From: an uncultured Chloroflexia bacterium
GTDB taxonomy: Bacteria > Chloroflexota > Anaerolineae > Promineifilales > UBA4811
Direction: 5' to 3'
NCBI GenBank assembly: GCA_963695825.1
Contig: CAVOHX010000009.1
Location: 133,168 to 197,167 of the forward strand
Length of the DNA stretch: 64,000 bases
Made by a program: the position numbers and the translations under genes. The notes beneath the pieces are model-generated. The model worked only from the letters and a program-made list of their open reading frames with translations, was not told the origin of the DNA and searched no databases. Shown here piece by piece: positions 36,678 to 47,018 of this stretch. Every line of letters starts with the position of its first letter. Position 1 is the stretch's first letter.

Positions 36678-38039
36678 TTAATAGTCGGGGCTCGGCGCCC
36701 GCTTGATGTGGGTGCGAGCCAAAGGCAGCAGCCTCTGGGTCAGCTTGTCACTATCGTGGCGCCACGGGTACTGCTCGTCTATCAGATCGTCCGCGATCAG
36801 TGGCATTCGATCCAGTGTTCCCAACTCGACAAACTCGGTGTTGCCTCGCTCGTGGTCGGCGAGAAACCGGTTGTTCACCACCATGACGTCGATCATGTCC
36901 TCACCGATGTGGCGTTTGAGCGCCCGACTGAAATCGTCCGTCGTAAAGTTGTCCGTCTCGCCTGGTTGGTTGGCCACGTTGCAAACGTACACGACCGGCG
37001 CCTCTGTGGTTCGCAGCGCTTGCTGAATTCCCCGCACCAGCAGGTTGGGCATGACACTGGTATAGAGGCTGCCTGGGCCCAACACAACCAGATCAGCGGT
37101 GAGGATCGCCCGCACCGCGGCCGGGTATGCCGGCGCGCCCTCGGGCATCAAGTAGACCCGCTCGATCACCCCGTTGACCTGAGGGATGCGGGACTCACCC
37201 TGGACCCGATGGATGCCTGGACGGACGACGTCCGGGTCGGGGTCGTCTATTGGTTGTTTACGAACGTCGCCGACAAGTGTAACATCTGCCAGAGTGGATG
37301 GCAAGATGTCCCCCTGGATCGCCAACACCTGGCTGGAGCGCTCCAAGCCACGCTCAAAGCTGCCGGTGACGCCGGTCATGGCAGCAATAAAGAGGTTGCC
37401 GAAACTGTGACCAGAGAGCTCGCCGCTCTCGGCGCCCTCGTGGGAGGGTAGGCCAAACCGATACTGAAATAGTTGCGTGACCAAAGATTCATCGTCCGCC
37501 AGCGCGGCGATGCAATTTCGAAAGTCACCCGGCGGCGGCACGCCCAACTCGCGTCGCAGGCGCCCCGAGCTTCCGCCGTCGTCAGCCACCGTGATGATTG
37601 CGGTGATGTTGTTGGTGTGCCGTTTGAGCCCACGCAGGAGGGTAGCCAGCCCGGTTCCTCCACCGATGGCAACAACCTGCGGTCCCTTATCTCGCTGGCG
37701 GAGGCGATAAACGGCGTCCGCCAGTGGAATCCCACCTGTTTGGATAAAGGGGCTCAGCACCGATTGGTTCAGGCGGTGCAGGGCCAGGGCAACGGCGGCC
37801 GTCCCTACCGCGACTGCCAACGCCATTCGGGCCAACGGCGGCAGGAATTGCAGAGTGAGCGCTGTGTACCACGAGGCAGGCAACACCCCGGCGGTGTTCA
37901 AGGAGACCAGGGCCAGGGCAGCGCCCAACCCGAGGATCGCCACTCCGATGCCGAGCAGCCCCAGCCAGCGCTTAACGCCAATGCCTGGAATGAGCCACAT
38001 GAGGTTTGTGAACGGCGACGGCCGGCCCGTAGATCGCAT
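36678..38039 (-). CDS. yvcK: YvcK/CofD-family (gluconeogenesis factor-like) protein with an N-terminal membrane extension of about 110 residues.
   Basis: VVAIGGGTGLATLLRGLK...ITAIITVADDGGSSGRLRRELGVPPPGDFRNC is preceded by 2-3 predicted TM helices. Confidence 0.82.
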   Translation of the reverse strand: MRSTGRPSPFTNLMWLIPGIGVKRWLGLLGIGVAILGLGAALALVSLNTAGVLPASWYTALTLQFLPPLARMALAVAVGTAAVALALHRLNQSVLSPFIQTGGIPLADAVYRLRQRDKGPQVVAIGGGTGLATLLRGLKRHTNNITAIITVADDGGSSGRLRRELGVPPPGDFRNCIAALADDESLVTQLFQYRFGLPSHEGAESGELSGHSFGNLFIAAMTGVTGSFERGLERSSQVLAIQGDILPSTLADVTLVGDVRKQPIDDPDPDVVRPGIHRVQGESRIPQVNGVIERVYLMPEGAPAYPAAVRAILTADLVVLGPGSLYTSVMPNLLVRGIQQALRTTEAPVVYVCNVANQPGETDNFTTDDFSRALKRHIGEDMIDVMVVNNRFLADHERGNTEFVELGTLDRMPLIADDLIDEQYPWRHDSDKLTQRLLPLARTHIKRAPSPDY

Positions 38040-38060
38040 GGTTGAGGTGGGGCGCCTCCC

Positions 38061-39089
38061 CTACTCGATGGCGTGGATCCTTTTTATCTCTGCAATCCGG
38101 TTGTCGATGGGGGTCTCCTGGTACGGTGAACGTCCAATAGGGTCCAGGAGAGTCGAGTCGCCGAGCAGAGCAAAGCAGGTGTTGCACACTGCGTTCGAGA
38201 GCACGGCCGGGTCATAGCCGCCCTCTAGCACAAAGACCAACCGACCGTCGCACAACTCGCCGGAAAGAGAGACGAGTTCGCGGGCCAGGTGGGCATAGCC
38301 GGGCAACGAAAGACCCATCATGGCTAACGGGTCGCTCCAATGAGCATCAAACCCGGCCGAGACCAGGATGAGCTGGGGGTCGTAGCGGTGCGCCAGCGGG
38401 CGCACGATCTGTTCCATGATCTCGCCAAAGCCCACATCACCAACCCCCGGCGACAACGGCACGTTGACAACCGTTCCGGCGCCCTCGCCGTGGCCGCCCT
38501 CGCCCACACTCCCGGTGCCGGGATAGTACGGGTATTGATGGGTGGAGATGAACAACACGTCAGGCGCAGCGGCGAACGCGTCCTGGGTACCGTTGCCATG
38601 GTGCACATCGAAATCAAAGATCATGACCCGCTCCACATCGGGACGGGCGAGGGCGTCGCGGGCGGCGACCGCGATGTTGTTAAAGAGGCAAAAGCCCATT
38701 CCGCGGCCGGGGGTGGCATGGTGGCCCGGCGGCCGCACGAGTGCAAACCCGTTATCTGCCTCGCCTTCAAGCACCGCTCGCACCAAGGCGAGCACGCCGC
38801 CGGCCGCCAACCGGGCGGTCTCAAAAGAGTGGGCGTTCATATAGGTATCCGGGTCCAGGTGCCCGCCACCTCTTTCTGCCACACGGCGTACCTGCTCCAT
38901 GTAGGATCGTGTGTGGACCCGGGTGATCTCCTCTTGGGTCGCTGCAACCACTTTTATCGGTGCGAGTTGGGCAAGCAGACCGTTGTGCTCCAAGCCGGCC
39001 ACGATGGCCTTGAGCCGGCCGGCGTTTTCCGGATGACCGGGGTAGTCGTGCAGTAGAAAGCGATCGTCGTAGCAATAGGCAGTGGTCAT
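38061..39089 (-). CDS. Histone deacetylase/acetoin utilisation (AcuC)-family deacetylase.
   Basis: The ATG at 39089 has an AGGGGAG RBS. Motifs: RPPGHHA, DFDVHHGNGTQ, EGGY. Confidence 0.85.
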   Translation of the reverse strand: MTTAYCYDDRFLLHDYPGHPENAGRLKAIVAGLEHNGLLAQLAPIKVVAATQEEITRVHTRSYMEQVRRVAERGGGHLDPDTYMNAHSFETARLAAGGVLALVRAVLEGEADNGFALVRPPGHHATPGRGMGFCLFNNIAVAARDALARPDVERVMIFDFDVHHGNGTQDAFAAAPDVLFISTHQYPYYPGTGSVGEGGHGEGAGTVVNVPLSPGVGDVGFGEIMEQIVRPLAHRYDPQLILVSAGFDAHWSDPLAMMGLSLPGYAHLARELVSLSGELCDGRLVFVLEGGYDPAVLSNAVCNTCFALLGDSTLLDPIGRSPYQETPIDNRIAEIKRIHAIE

Positions 39090-39142
39090 GACGCTCCCCT
39101 TGGCTGTACTGCGAACAGTATAGCAGTTTTGGAGGGGGGTGG

Positions 39143-39180
39143 CAAAAAGAAAACCGCCCTGGTCATCATGACCAGGGCGG
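39143..39180 (-). terminator. Rho-independent terminator downstream of hppA.
   Basis: On the minus strand, a perfect 13-bp stem (ccgccctggtcat/atgaccagggcgg) is followed by TTTTCTTTTT. Confidence 0.65.
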
Positions 39181-39204
39181 CTCAAGAGCGAAAAAGAACC
39201 GGGA

Positions 39205-41464
39205 TTACCCCAGACCCTCCTGTACATCGCGTTTGCTCTGGCGGACCGACCAGATGAGCAGCGCCGACAGCACGACGATGGCAGTGATCACGCCGGCCGT
39301 CTGGTTCCTGACCTGAGCTTGTACGATCACCGGCGCCGCCAGCAGGCTGACCAGGTTGACCACCTTGATCATCGGGTTGAGAGCCGGACCGGCGGTGTCC
39401 TTGAGGGGGTCGCCCACCGTGTCACCGACCACGCCGGCCGTGTGGGCCTCAGAGCCCTTGCCGCCCAGGTTGCCGTCCTCAATGAACTTTTTGGCGTTGT
39501 CCATGGCGCCGCCGGCGATCGCCATAAAGACCGCCAGCAATTGCCCGGAGAGAATGACCCCGGCCAAAAAGGCGCCCAGCGCCTCGATCTGAAAGATCAA
39601 CCCCACCAGCAGCGGCACTGTGACCGACAGGATGACCAGGCTGACCAGTTCCTTCTGGGCCGCGGCCGTGGTGATGCCGACCACCCTTTGATAGTCAGGC
39701 TTGACCGTGCCCTCCATAACCCCCTCAACCTTGAACTGGCGCCGGACCTCTTCGACCACCAGGCCAGCGCCGCGCGATACCGCCCGCAGCGAAAAGGCGG
39801 AAAAGAGAAAAGGCAGGGCGCCGCCGATCAGAAAGCCGATGGTCCCCTCGAGGGTTGACACGCGAATCGTTCGGATGATATCGGCCGCCGCCACCCCCAA
39901 GCGCTGCTGAACGAGGCCGACGTCGGTGACAAAAGCAAAGAACAAGCTGGTCGCCGCAATTACGGCCGAGGCGATCGCAATCTGTTTGGTAATGGCTTTG
40001 GTCGTGTTGCCCACGGCGTCCAACTCGGCCATGATCTTCCATGCCTTTTTATCGACGCCGGTCAATTCGCCGATGCCGTTGGCATTGTCGGCAATTGGGC
40101 CAAACGAGTCCATCGCTACATTGTTGCCGGTGTGCGAGAGCATGCCAATGCCGATCATGGCCACGCCGTAGAGGCCATAGATGGCCGGCTGGTCGCGGTA
40201 GATCAAAAAGCTGGTACCCAGGACGGCGGCAACGGCGAGCAGACTCCACACACTGGCCTCCATGCCCACCGCCAGCCCAGAAAGGACAGTAGTGGCCGAG
40301 CCTGTCTTGGTGACTCTCGACGATCTCTTGGACTGGTTTATGCCTGGTGGCGGTAAAGTAGGCGGTGAGCGGGTTAAAGATCACCGCCAGGCCGACGCCG
40401 ATGGCGTTAAGCAACGCCAACTGCCATTCGTGGGCGTAGAACCAGGAAAAGAGAAACGCAAAGACGACCGTGTTGATGCTCGAAACCTCGTAAGAGTGGA
40501 ACATGGCGTCTTCGGCATTCTTGGCCCGCAGGAACTTGACCGGAAAGTTCTCCCAGATGGGAACGGTAAAGGTGCCCAGGATGGACGAGATGACGCCGAT
40601 GGCGCGGACGATAAGCGGGTAGACGATCCAGACGGTGTCGCCAGTCATGTGGTAGAGCACGATGCCCAGGATGAGGGTCGAGACGATCGTCACCTCGTAG
40701 GATTCAAAGATGTCGGCCGCCATTCCGGCGCAGTCGCCCACATTGTCTCCGACCAGGTCAGCGATGACGGCCGCGTTGCGCGGATCGTCCTCGGGCAAAC
40801 CCGCCTCTACCTTGCCCACCAGGTCGGCGCCCACGTCGGCCGCTTTGGTATAAATGCCGCCGCCGATCCGCATAAAGAGCGCGACCAGGGTGCCGCCAAA
40901 GCCAAAACCGAGCAGCGCATCCGGCGCCGCCTTGCCAAAGATCATGAAAATAGCTGTGCCGCCCAAAAGCCCTAAACCGTCGGTCAACATTCCGGTGAAT
41001 GTGCCGGCCCGGTAGGCGACGGTGAGCGCTCCGTTATAGTTGTCATCCACCGCCTGCGCTGTGACCCGGATATTGCCTTCGATGGCCACGCGCATGCCCA
41101 ATTGCCCTACGATCGTAGAGAATGATGCGCCCAGAATAAAGGCGACCGTTCGGCCGATGGCGATGATGATCCGGGCGTCATCCCCGTAGAGGCGTTGCGC
41201 CTCCTCTGTGGGGGGCACCACATATACGCTCAAAAACATGCCCACTGTCAGGATCAGCAAGATGGGCAGCATGGTTTTGAGCTGCTGTCCGAGGTATGCC
41301 TCGGCGCCTGCCTTGATAGCCGCCCAGACCTCTTTCATCTTCTTGCTGCCTGTGCCGCGCCTCAGCGTGTCGCGCCACAACCACCATGCGTAAGCCAGGC
41401 TGATAAAAGCAACCGCAACGACTCCCCACATCATTGCCTGTTCCGTAAAGTTTAATTCTTGCAT
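39205..41464 (-). CDS. hppA: Membrane-bound proton-translocating pyrophosphatase, with one frame break near 40312.
   Basis: ORFs 40049-41464 and 39205-40269 join as ...VQEIVES|TKTGSATTVLSGLAVGMEA. Motifs: GGGIYTKAADVGADLVGKVE, DNVGDCAGMAADIFESY, GDTVGDPLKDTAGPALNP. Confidence 0.9.
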
Positions 41465-41506
41465 AGATCCTCCTTCCTCGCGACTAATCCCAAGTACTCA
41501 GCAGGC

Positions 41507-41546
41507 AGAAAAGACAAAAGGCTGGCGGTGACAGTGTCCCGCCAGC
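41507..41546 (-). terminator. Candidate rho-independent terminator between ppk2 and hppA.
   Basis: On the minus strand, the stem ggctggcgg/ccgccagcc (9 bp) is followed by TTTTGTCTTTTC. Confidence 0.5.
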
Positions 41547-41705
41547 CCTATTCTTCTTCAGGATGCGGATGGGAACGGGGCACGCATGAAAAAGCCTATC
41601 GAAATTGCCTTGGTGTCTGTTCAGGGGCAATAGTCTACTCGGGATTGGGCAAATGGTCAAATCGCGTTGTCCGAAAAACCCGCGCCGAATCTCTTGCCGT
41701 GTGCC

Positions 41706-42515
41706 TCAATCGGGTATGACGACCTGGTCCAGATCTGGCTCGCCTGGGGGGTAGTGCATGTCGAGCGACTCCATCGCTTCGACCAGAACCCGCGATATGA
41801 CCAGATTGCGGTACCATTTATGGTTGGCAGGGATGACGTACCAGGGGGCATCTTTTGTGCTGCAGCGGGAGAGCGCCTCCTCGTACGCGGATATATAGTC
41901 AGGCCACAGTGCGCGCTCGCGCAGGTCACCTCGGGAGAATTTCCAATTCTTGCGCGGGTTGAGCAGGCGTTTTTCAAAGCGTTCCTTCTGCTCCTCTTTG
42001 GATATGTGCAGAAAGAACTTACGGATGGTCACGCCGCTGTCGGACAACAGGCGCTCAAAGGCATTAATGTGGTCGTAGCGCGGCCGCCACACCGATTCAG
42101 GTACCAGGCTGTGCACCCGTACAACCAACACGTCTTCATAGTGAGAGCGGTTGAAAATCGAAATCTCCCCCCGTCCAGGCGTGTGCTGGTGAATGCGCCA
42201 GAGGAAATCGTGGGCCAACTCGCGCGAGGTTGGGACTTTGAAACTGGCGACGTGGACGCCCTGAGGATTGAGCCCTCCCATCACGTGGCGGATGGTGCCA
42301 TCCTTGCCGCCGGCGTCCATCGCCTGCAAGACAAAAAGCAGGGCGTGCTTGCCTTCAGCATAGAGAACGTTCTGCAGGTCCTTGAGCCGCTCGACATTTG
42401 CCTCCAGCTCTTCTTCAGCGTCGTCCCGGTCGCGGAATCCACCAATGTCATCAGGGTCGTGGTCCGCCATATTAACCAGAGTATTGGGTGGGATCCGGTA
42501 GGATGTTGTCTCCAT
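41706..42515 (-). CDS. ppk2: Polyphosphate kinase 2 family protein.
   Basis: AAGGAG lies 8 nt before the ATG at 42515. Motifs: VLQAMDAGGKDGTI, FLWRIHQHTPGRGEISIFNRSHYEDV. Confidence 0.85.
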   Translation of the reverse strand: METTSYRIPPNTLVNMADHDPDDIGGFRDRDDAEEELEANVERLKDLQNVLYAEGKHALLFVLQAMDAGGKDGTIRHVMGGLNPQGVHVASFKVPTSRELAHDFLWRIHQHTPGRGEISIFNRSHYEDVLVVRVHSLVPESVWRPRYDHINAFERLLSDSGVTIRKFFLHISKEEQKERFEKRLLNPRKNWKFSRGDLRERALWPDYISAYEEALSRCSTKDAPWYVIPANHKWYRNLVISRVLVEAMESLDMHYPPGEPDLDQVVIPD

Positions 42516-42677
42516 CGTCGCTGCTCCTTTCATTTCTAGGGGGTCTTGCCGCCAGCCGCAGCGTCCATTATACCTCATGCTCAATGGGTAGCCACTCGCG
42601 CTCGGCTACCCAAGGCGCGGATCGTGTATGCCTGGGCCACGCAGGATCACGCCGGCGGCACGAAACCCTCACCCTCA

Positions 42678-43466
42678 TCAAGCGTTGGGCAGTCGCCGCA
42701 GTTTGAGCGCGCGGGTGGCAACAAAGCCCGGCATAAATCTTGAGAGCAGTTCCTCGGGGTCAGCGTCCTCGTAGAAACCGGCGATCAATAGCCCGGCCTC
42801 CAGTTGCCCGCCGATCTGATCCTCCAGGAGGTGCCCGAACTCGAGGGGCGTCCCAGCCTCCTGGCAGCGAGCCTGCTCGGCCGGACTGAGGCTCTGCAGG
42901 TCGGAATAGGGCAGCGAGTGTTTCGGCTGCAAAACCCCCTGCTCGTATAGCTCCAAGTCAAAGATATAGATGGTCGGGTTGCTAAAGCCGGCGAGCAACG
43001 AGCCGCCAGGGCGCAGTACGCGATACGCTTCGCGCCAGACCGGCCGCACATCGGGCACAAAGACGTTCGAGACCGGATGAAAGATCAGATCGAACGATTC
43101 ATCAGCGAACATGGACAGATCAGCCATATCGCCTTCCACGGTGCGGATGGCGAGCGACTCTCTGGCGGCGACCATCTCATCCTGGGCTAGTTGGTGCGGC
43201 GAGTTGTCCAGGATGGTCACCTTGGCGCCGGCCGCAGCCAGGATGGGTCCCTGTTGACCACCGGCGGACGCCAGACCAAGCACGTCAAGCCCTTCCAGGT
43301 CCGGGAACCAATCACCAGGCACCGGTTTGGTCGGCGTCAGCAAGAGCTGCCAGTCGCCCTCCCGCGCTCGGGAAATCGCTTCCGGCGACACGGGCACCGT
43401 CCAGCGGTTGCCGAATTCTACCTGGCGGTTCCAGGCGCGCTTGTTGTGTTCGAGCACATTGGTCAC
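42678..43466 (-). CDS. Class I SAM-dependent methyltransferase.
   Basis: A GTG at 43466 has a GGAGGAG RBS. Motif I-like [34 protein letters not shown] is present. Confidence 0.72.
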   Translation of the reverse strand: MTNVLEHNKRAWNRQVEFGNRWTVPVSPEAISRAREGDWQLLLTPTKPVPGDWFPDLEGLDVLGLASAGGQQGPILAAAGAKVTILDNSPHQLAQDEMVAARESLAIRTVEGDMADLSMFADESFDLIFHPVSNVFVPDVRPVWREAYRVLRPGGSLLAGFSNPTIYIFDLELYEQGVLQPKHSLPYSDLQSLSPAEQARCQEAGTPLEFGHLLEDQIGGQLEAGLLIAGFYEDADPEELLSRFMPGFVATRALKLRRLPNA

Positions 43467-43580
43467 AGTCGTTCTCCTCCCTATGGGCCGATAACGGGTC
43501 AGGGTAGCCTTGCGCCGGCCGTGGTGGAGGTACAATGCCCCTTTAGGTTGCGCCGGACCTGACAGATGCCAACCCCAAAG

Positions 43581-46500
43581 CTAGTCGCCGCTGCTCGGCA
43601 GCGCCCCGGTCACCTCGTTGCGCACGATAAACCGGCTTTGCACGGTGGCGCCATCGGGCAGCACCAGCTTGTCACCCAACTCGAGTTTGTCGGCGTCCTT
43701 GCCGGCCGGGATCGAACGGGGCAGGGTGATGATCTGTAGGGGCGTGCCCTCTTGATTGGCGTTCTTTTTACAGTACGCCAGGCCGGTGAGGTAGCCGTCG
43801 CGGTCGATGGAGCAGCTTGTGACATAGCCGATGACCTGCCCGCGGCGGTCGGCGACCGGATCGCCGGTTTTGGGCACACGCACCCCCTTGTCGTTCATGC
43901 GAAAGCGGAGCACCTCCCGGGTGCGTTTGCCCTCCACCGCCAGCAGTGCATCCCGACCAATAAAGAAAGGCTTGTGATACTTGACATAACCGGGAAAGCC
44001 GGCCTCGATTGGGTCGATGTTCCAGGTCCCGGCAAGCTCGTGGCCATAGAGCGGCAACCCAAACTCGGTGCGGGTGCTGTCGCGCGCCGCCAGACCGGCC
44101 GGCTTGACCCCATGAGGCGCGCCCTTTGTCAGGATCAGGGTCCAGAGTTCGGCCGCCCGGTCGGGGTGGACGAAAATCTCATAGCCAATGTCCTCGCCGG
44201 TATAGCCGGTGCGAGCGATCACCAGCGGAATGCCGGACAGCTCGACCGAGATCAAGTCGGTTCGGCGCAGCCGCTTTAGAGCCGCCTTTACTTTGGGGTC
44301 GTCCGTCATGTCCTGCAGGGTCGGCAGTGCGGCCGCGCCCTGAAAGGCAATGTCCACCTTGCAGTCGGGGCCGTTGGTTGGGTCCTTGAGGTCGCGGATC
44401 ACGGCGTGCACGCCCACCTCGGTTCCCGGCCGTTCCCGGTTGATGATCACCCGGCCGTCGTTGACGGCGTTGAGCCAATCCCAGTCCTTTTCGGCGTTGG
44501 CGGCGTTGACCACCATCAGGTAGCGGTCGCGGGCCAGGCAATAGACAAAAATGTCGTCGATTACATCCCCGTCCGGATCGAGCAGGTACGAATAGCAGGA
44601 TTGACCCGGGTCGAGCCAGGCAATATAGTTGCTTGCCACCACGTCCAGGAAGCGGGTAGCGTGGGGCCCCGATACCTCGAAAACGCCCATGTGGGCGACG
44701 TCAAATAGCCCGGCCGTCTGGCGCACCGCCAGGTGCTCTTCCATCACACTGGTGGCGTAGCGGACAGGCATCTCCCAGCCGGCAAAGGGTACCATGCGAC
44801 CCCCAGACTGGTGATGGATGGCGTTCAGCGGGGTCTGGCGCAGTGGCAAGTCCGGCTCCTGCCACGTCCAAGAGAGCTTGGCGTCCGCGGCGGGCAGGTT
44901 GGCGGCTAGCGCAGCCATCCCCACAAAGTAGGGCTTGTTGAGATCAAACAGCTCCGGGAACCCAGCACAGAGCTCGGCCGCGGCCGGTGGTGTATCACGA
45001 TAGCGGACGCCAGTTTCAGCGCCTGCGACCTTGGCAAGCTCATAGTCCTGTACCTCTTGTATAACGGCCGGTCCCTGTACCTTTCGATAGAGGTCATCCC
45101 GGTCAAACAGGATGTATCCATCGGCCAGGCCGCGCAACCAGGCCGCCACCCCGTTGGAGCGCTCGGGATGGACTGCCATCCGAAACTGGGCGCGCCCACG
45201 GCCGTCGTCCTGCAACCGCATCACGGTGACCTGATCGATCAGCTTGCCGTGACGGTCCAGAAGAAAGGTGGGCGTGCTGGCGCCCGGGGTCAACCCCGCC
45301 AGGCGCCCTGTGCACACTTCGTCCAGGAACTGCGCTGCGCGCCACCCGCTGATCTCCAAAACGACCGGCTGATCGCTCGCCCCGCGGAACTCGGCCGCGG
45401 GCGGGATGTCAAAGTGCGGATAGGCTGACTGGGGGCCGTCATATTCCGCGGCCGCCTGGTCACACAGGTCCGCCACGCCACGCTTGACCTGGCCCAAGAC
45501 GTCCAGGTCGATCTTGCCGCGTGGCAGCACGCCGGCCAGCCCATGGTAGGCGAACGGCTCTATGTTGGTGACCACATCGTGAATCAAACCGGCTAGAGTG
45601 TCCATCTCTGGCTCCCGCAGGCCGCGTTGGGTCACCCAGGGGGTTCCCAGCCGCACACCGCTGGCGAGCGCAGTGAGATCATCCCCGGGTATGGTGTTCT
45701 TGTTGGCCACGATGCCGGCGATGTCCAGGAGGCGCACTGCCACCTCACCGCGGAGCGGAAAACCGGTCTTGGTGGGGATGGCGCCCACGTCCAGTAGCAG
45801 AAGGTGGGTGTCGGTGCCGCCGTACGCCAGCTTGAGCCCGCGCCGCACCAGACCGCCGGCTAGCGCGGCCGCGTTCTTGACAATCTGTCGCTGCAACTCG
45901 GCAAACGAGTCGGTCTGGGCGAGTTTCATAGCGACGCATATCGCGGCAAACTTGTTGGTGTGGGGCCCGCCCTGTGCGCCGGGAAAGACTGCCAGATCGA
46001 GTTTGAGACCGACCTCCTCGTTGGTGGTCATCACGACCGCGCCGCGCGGGCCGCAGAGGGTTTTGTGGGTGGTATAGGTGATCACATCCGCGATTCCGAC
46101 CGGTGTGGGATGGACGCCCGCCACCACCATGCCGGCCGTGTGGCTGATGTCCGCCATTAGGTAGGCCCCGACCGCGTCGGCAATCTCCCGGAACCGCGCC
46201 CAGTCGGGCGACCAGGGGTAGGAGGTGAATCCACCGATGATGAGCTTGGGCCGGTGTTCCTGCGCCAGTTCCAACATGGCGTCGTAATCCAGTTTGCCGG
46301 TTGCCGGATCGACGCCATAAGAGACCACGTGATAGCGTTTGCCCGAGAGGTTGAACTCGCTGCCGTGGGTGAGATGCCCGCCCTGGAACAGATCCATGCC
46401 CATGAGCGTGTCACCCGCGTCTAGCAGCGTGTCATAGACTGCCAGGTTGGCGGCCGAGCCGGACAACGCCTGCACATTGACATAAATATCTTCCGGCGCC

Positions 46501-46863
46501 ACGCTGTCGGTGGCAAAGGCCTGCGCAGCTCGACGCTGGGCCAGCGTCTCGATAAAGTGGACGTAATCGACGCCTTTGTAAAAGCGCCGATCCGCGTAAC
46601 GGCGATAGTAAACCAACTGGTGCGCCTGGTCCAGCAACAAATCCTCGTCGTCGCGGGTCATGCGCAGCGGGGGATATCCCTCGGCATAGATGTTCTGAAA
46701 GACCGAGCCCAGAGCTTGCCGGACGGCGCGGCGGCGCATAGCTCTCGGAGGGGATCATGATGAGTTTGCGCGCTTGGCGCTCGGCTTCGCGCTCGATCAA
46801 CCCGGCAATGTCGGGGGCGGCCGCGGTAATGTCGTCTCGAAGTATATGGTCGGCGTGAGGCAT
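43581..46863 (-). CDS. Fusion protein of about 1,094 residues: an N-terminal serine hydroxymethyltransferase and a C-terminal GcvT-type (aminomethyltransferase, folate-binding) domain. One frame break near 46730.
   Basis: AAGGAG precedes the ATG at 46863. SHMT blocks: LIMIPSESYAP|AVRQALGSVFQNIYAEGYP, HLTHGS, TYTTHKTLCGPRG. GcvT blocks: MVPFAGWEMPVRY, AGLFDVAHMGVFEVSG, ARTGYTGEDIGYEIF, RDSTRTEFGLPLYGHEL. Confidence 0.85.
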
Positions 46864-47018
46864 TGTGTGTTGCTCCTTGTCGGAATCCAGTTTCTGACGC
46901 GGAATATATTTGGAATATTCTACAAGCGACTCATGGTCGGCCCAATGGAGAAACGGCATAACAAGACGTGATGGTTGTCACCGGTGCGCTTCACAACGTT
47001 GTCAGCCGCGTTATCCGA

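Noticed and set aside
41667-42539. A 290-aa plus-strand ORF opposite ppk2. Similar long antisense ORFs occur at 2553-3545, 3735-4661, 12970-13824, 27786-28637, 29416-30168, 35768-36502, 36708-37451, 38340-39056, 20509-21296 and 59353-60186.
   Set aside because: They are Arg/Gly/Ala/Pro-rich shadow ORFs typical of GC-rich DNA. Each lies opposite a gene with clear family motifs, and none has a recognisable motif or RBS of its own.
46864-47018. A ZTP or THF riboswitch in the leader of the SHMT-GcvT gene.
   Set aside because: The reverse-complement leader lacks the CCGCCTGGG and GGGTCGTGAC-type ZTP cores and any THF-like consensus I can recall. Only an AT-rich inverted repeat is notable.
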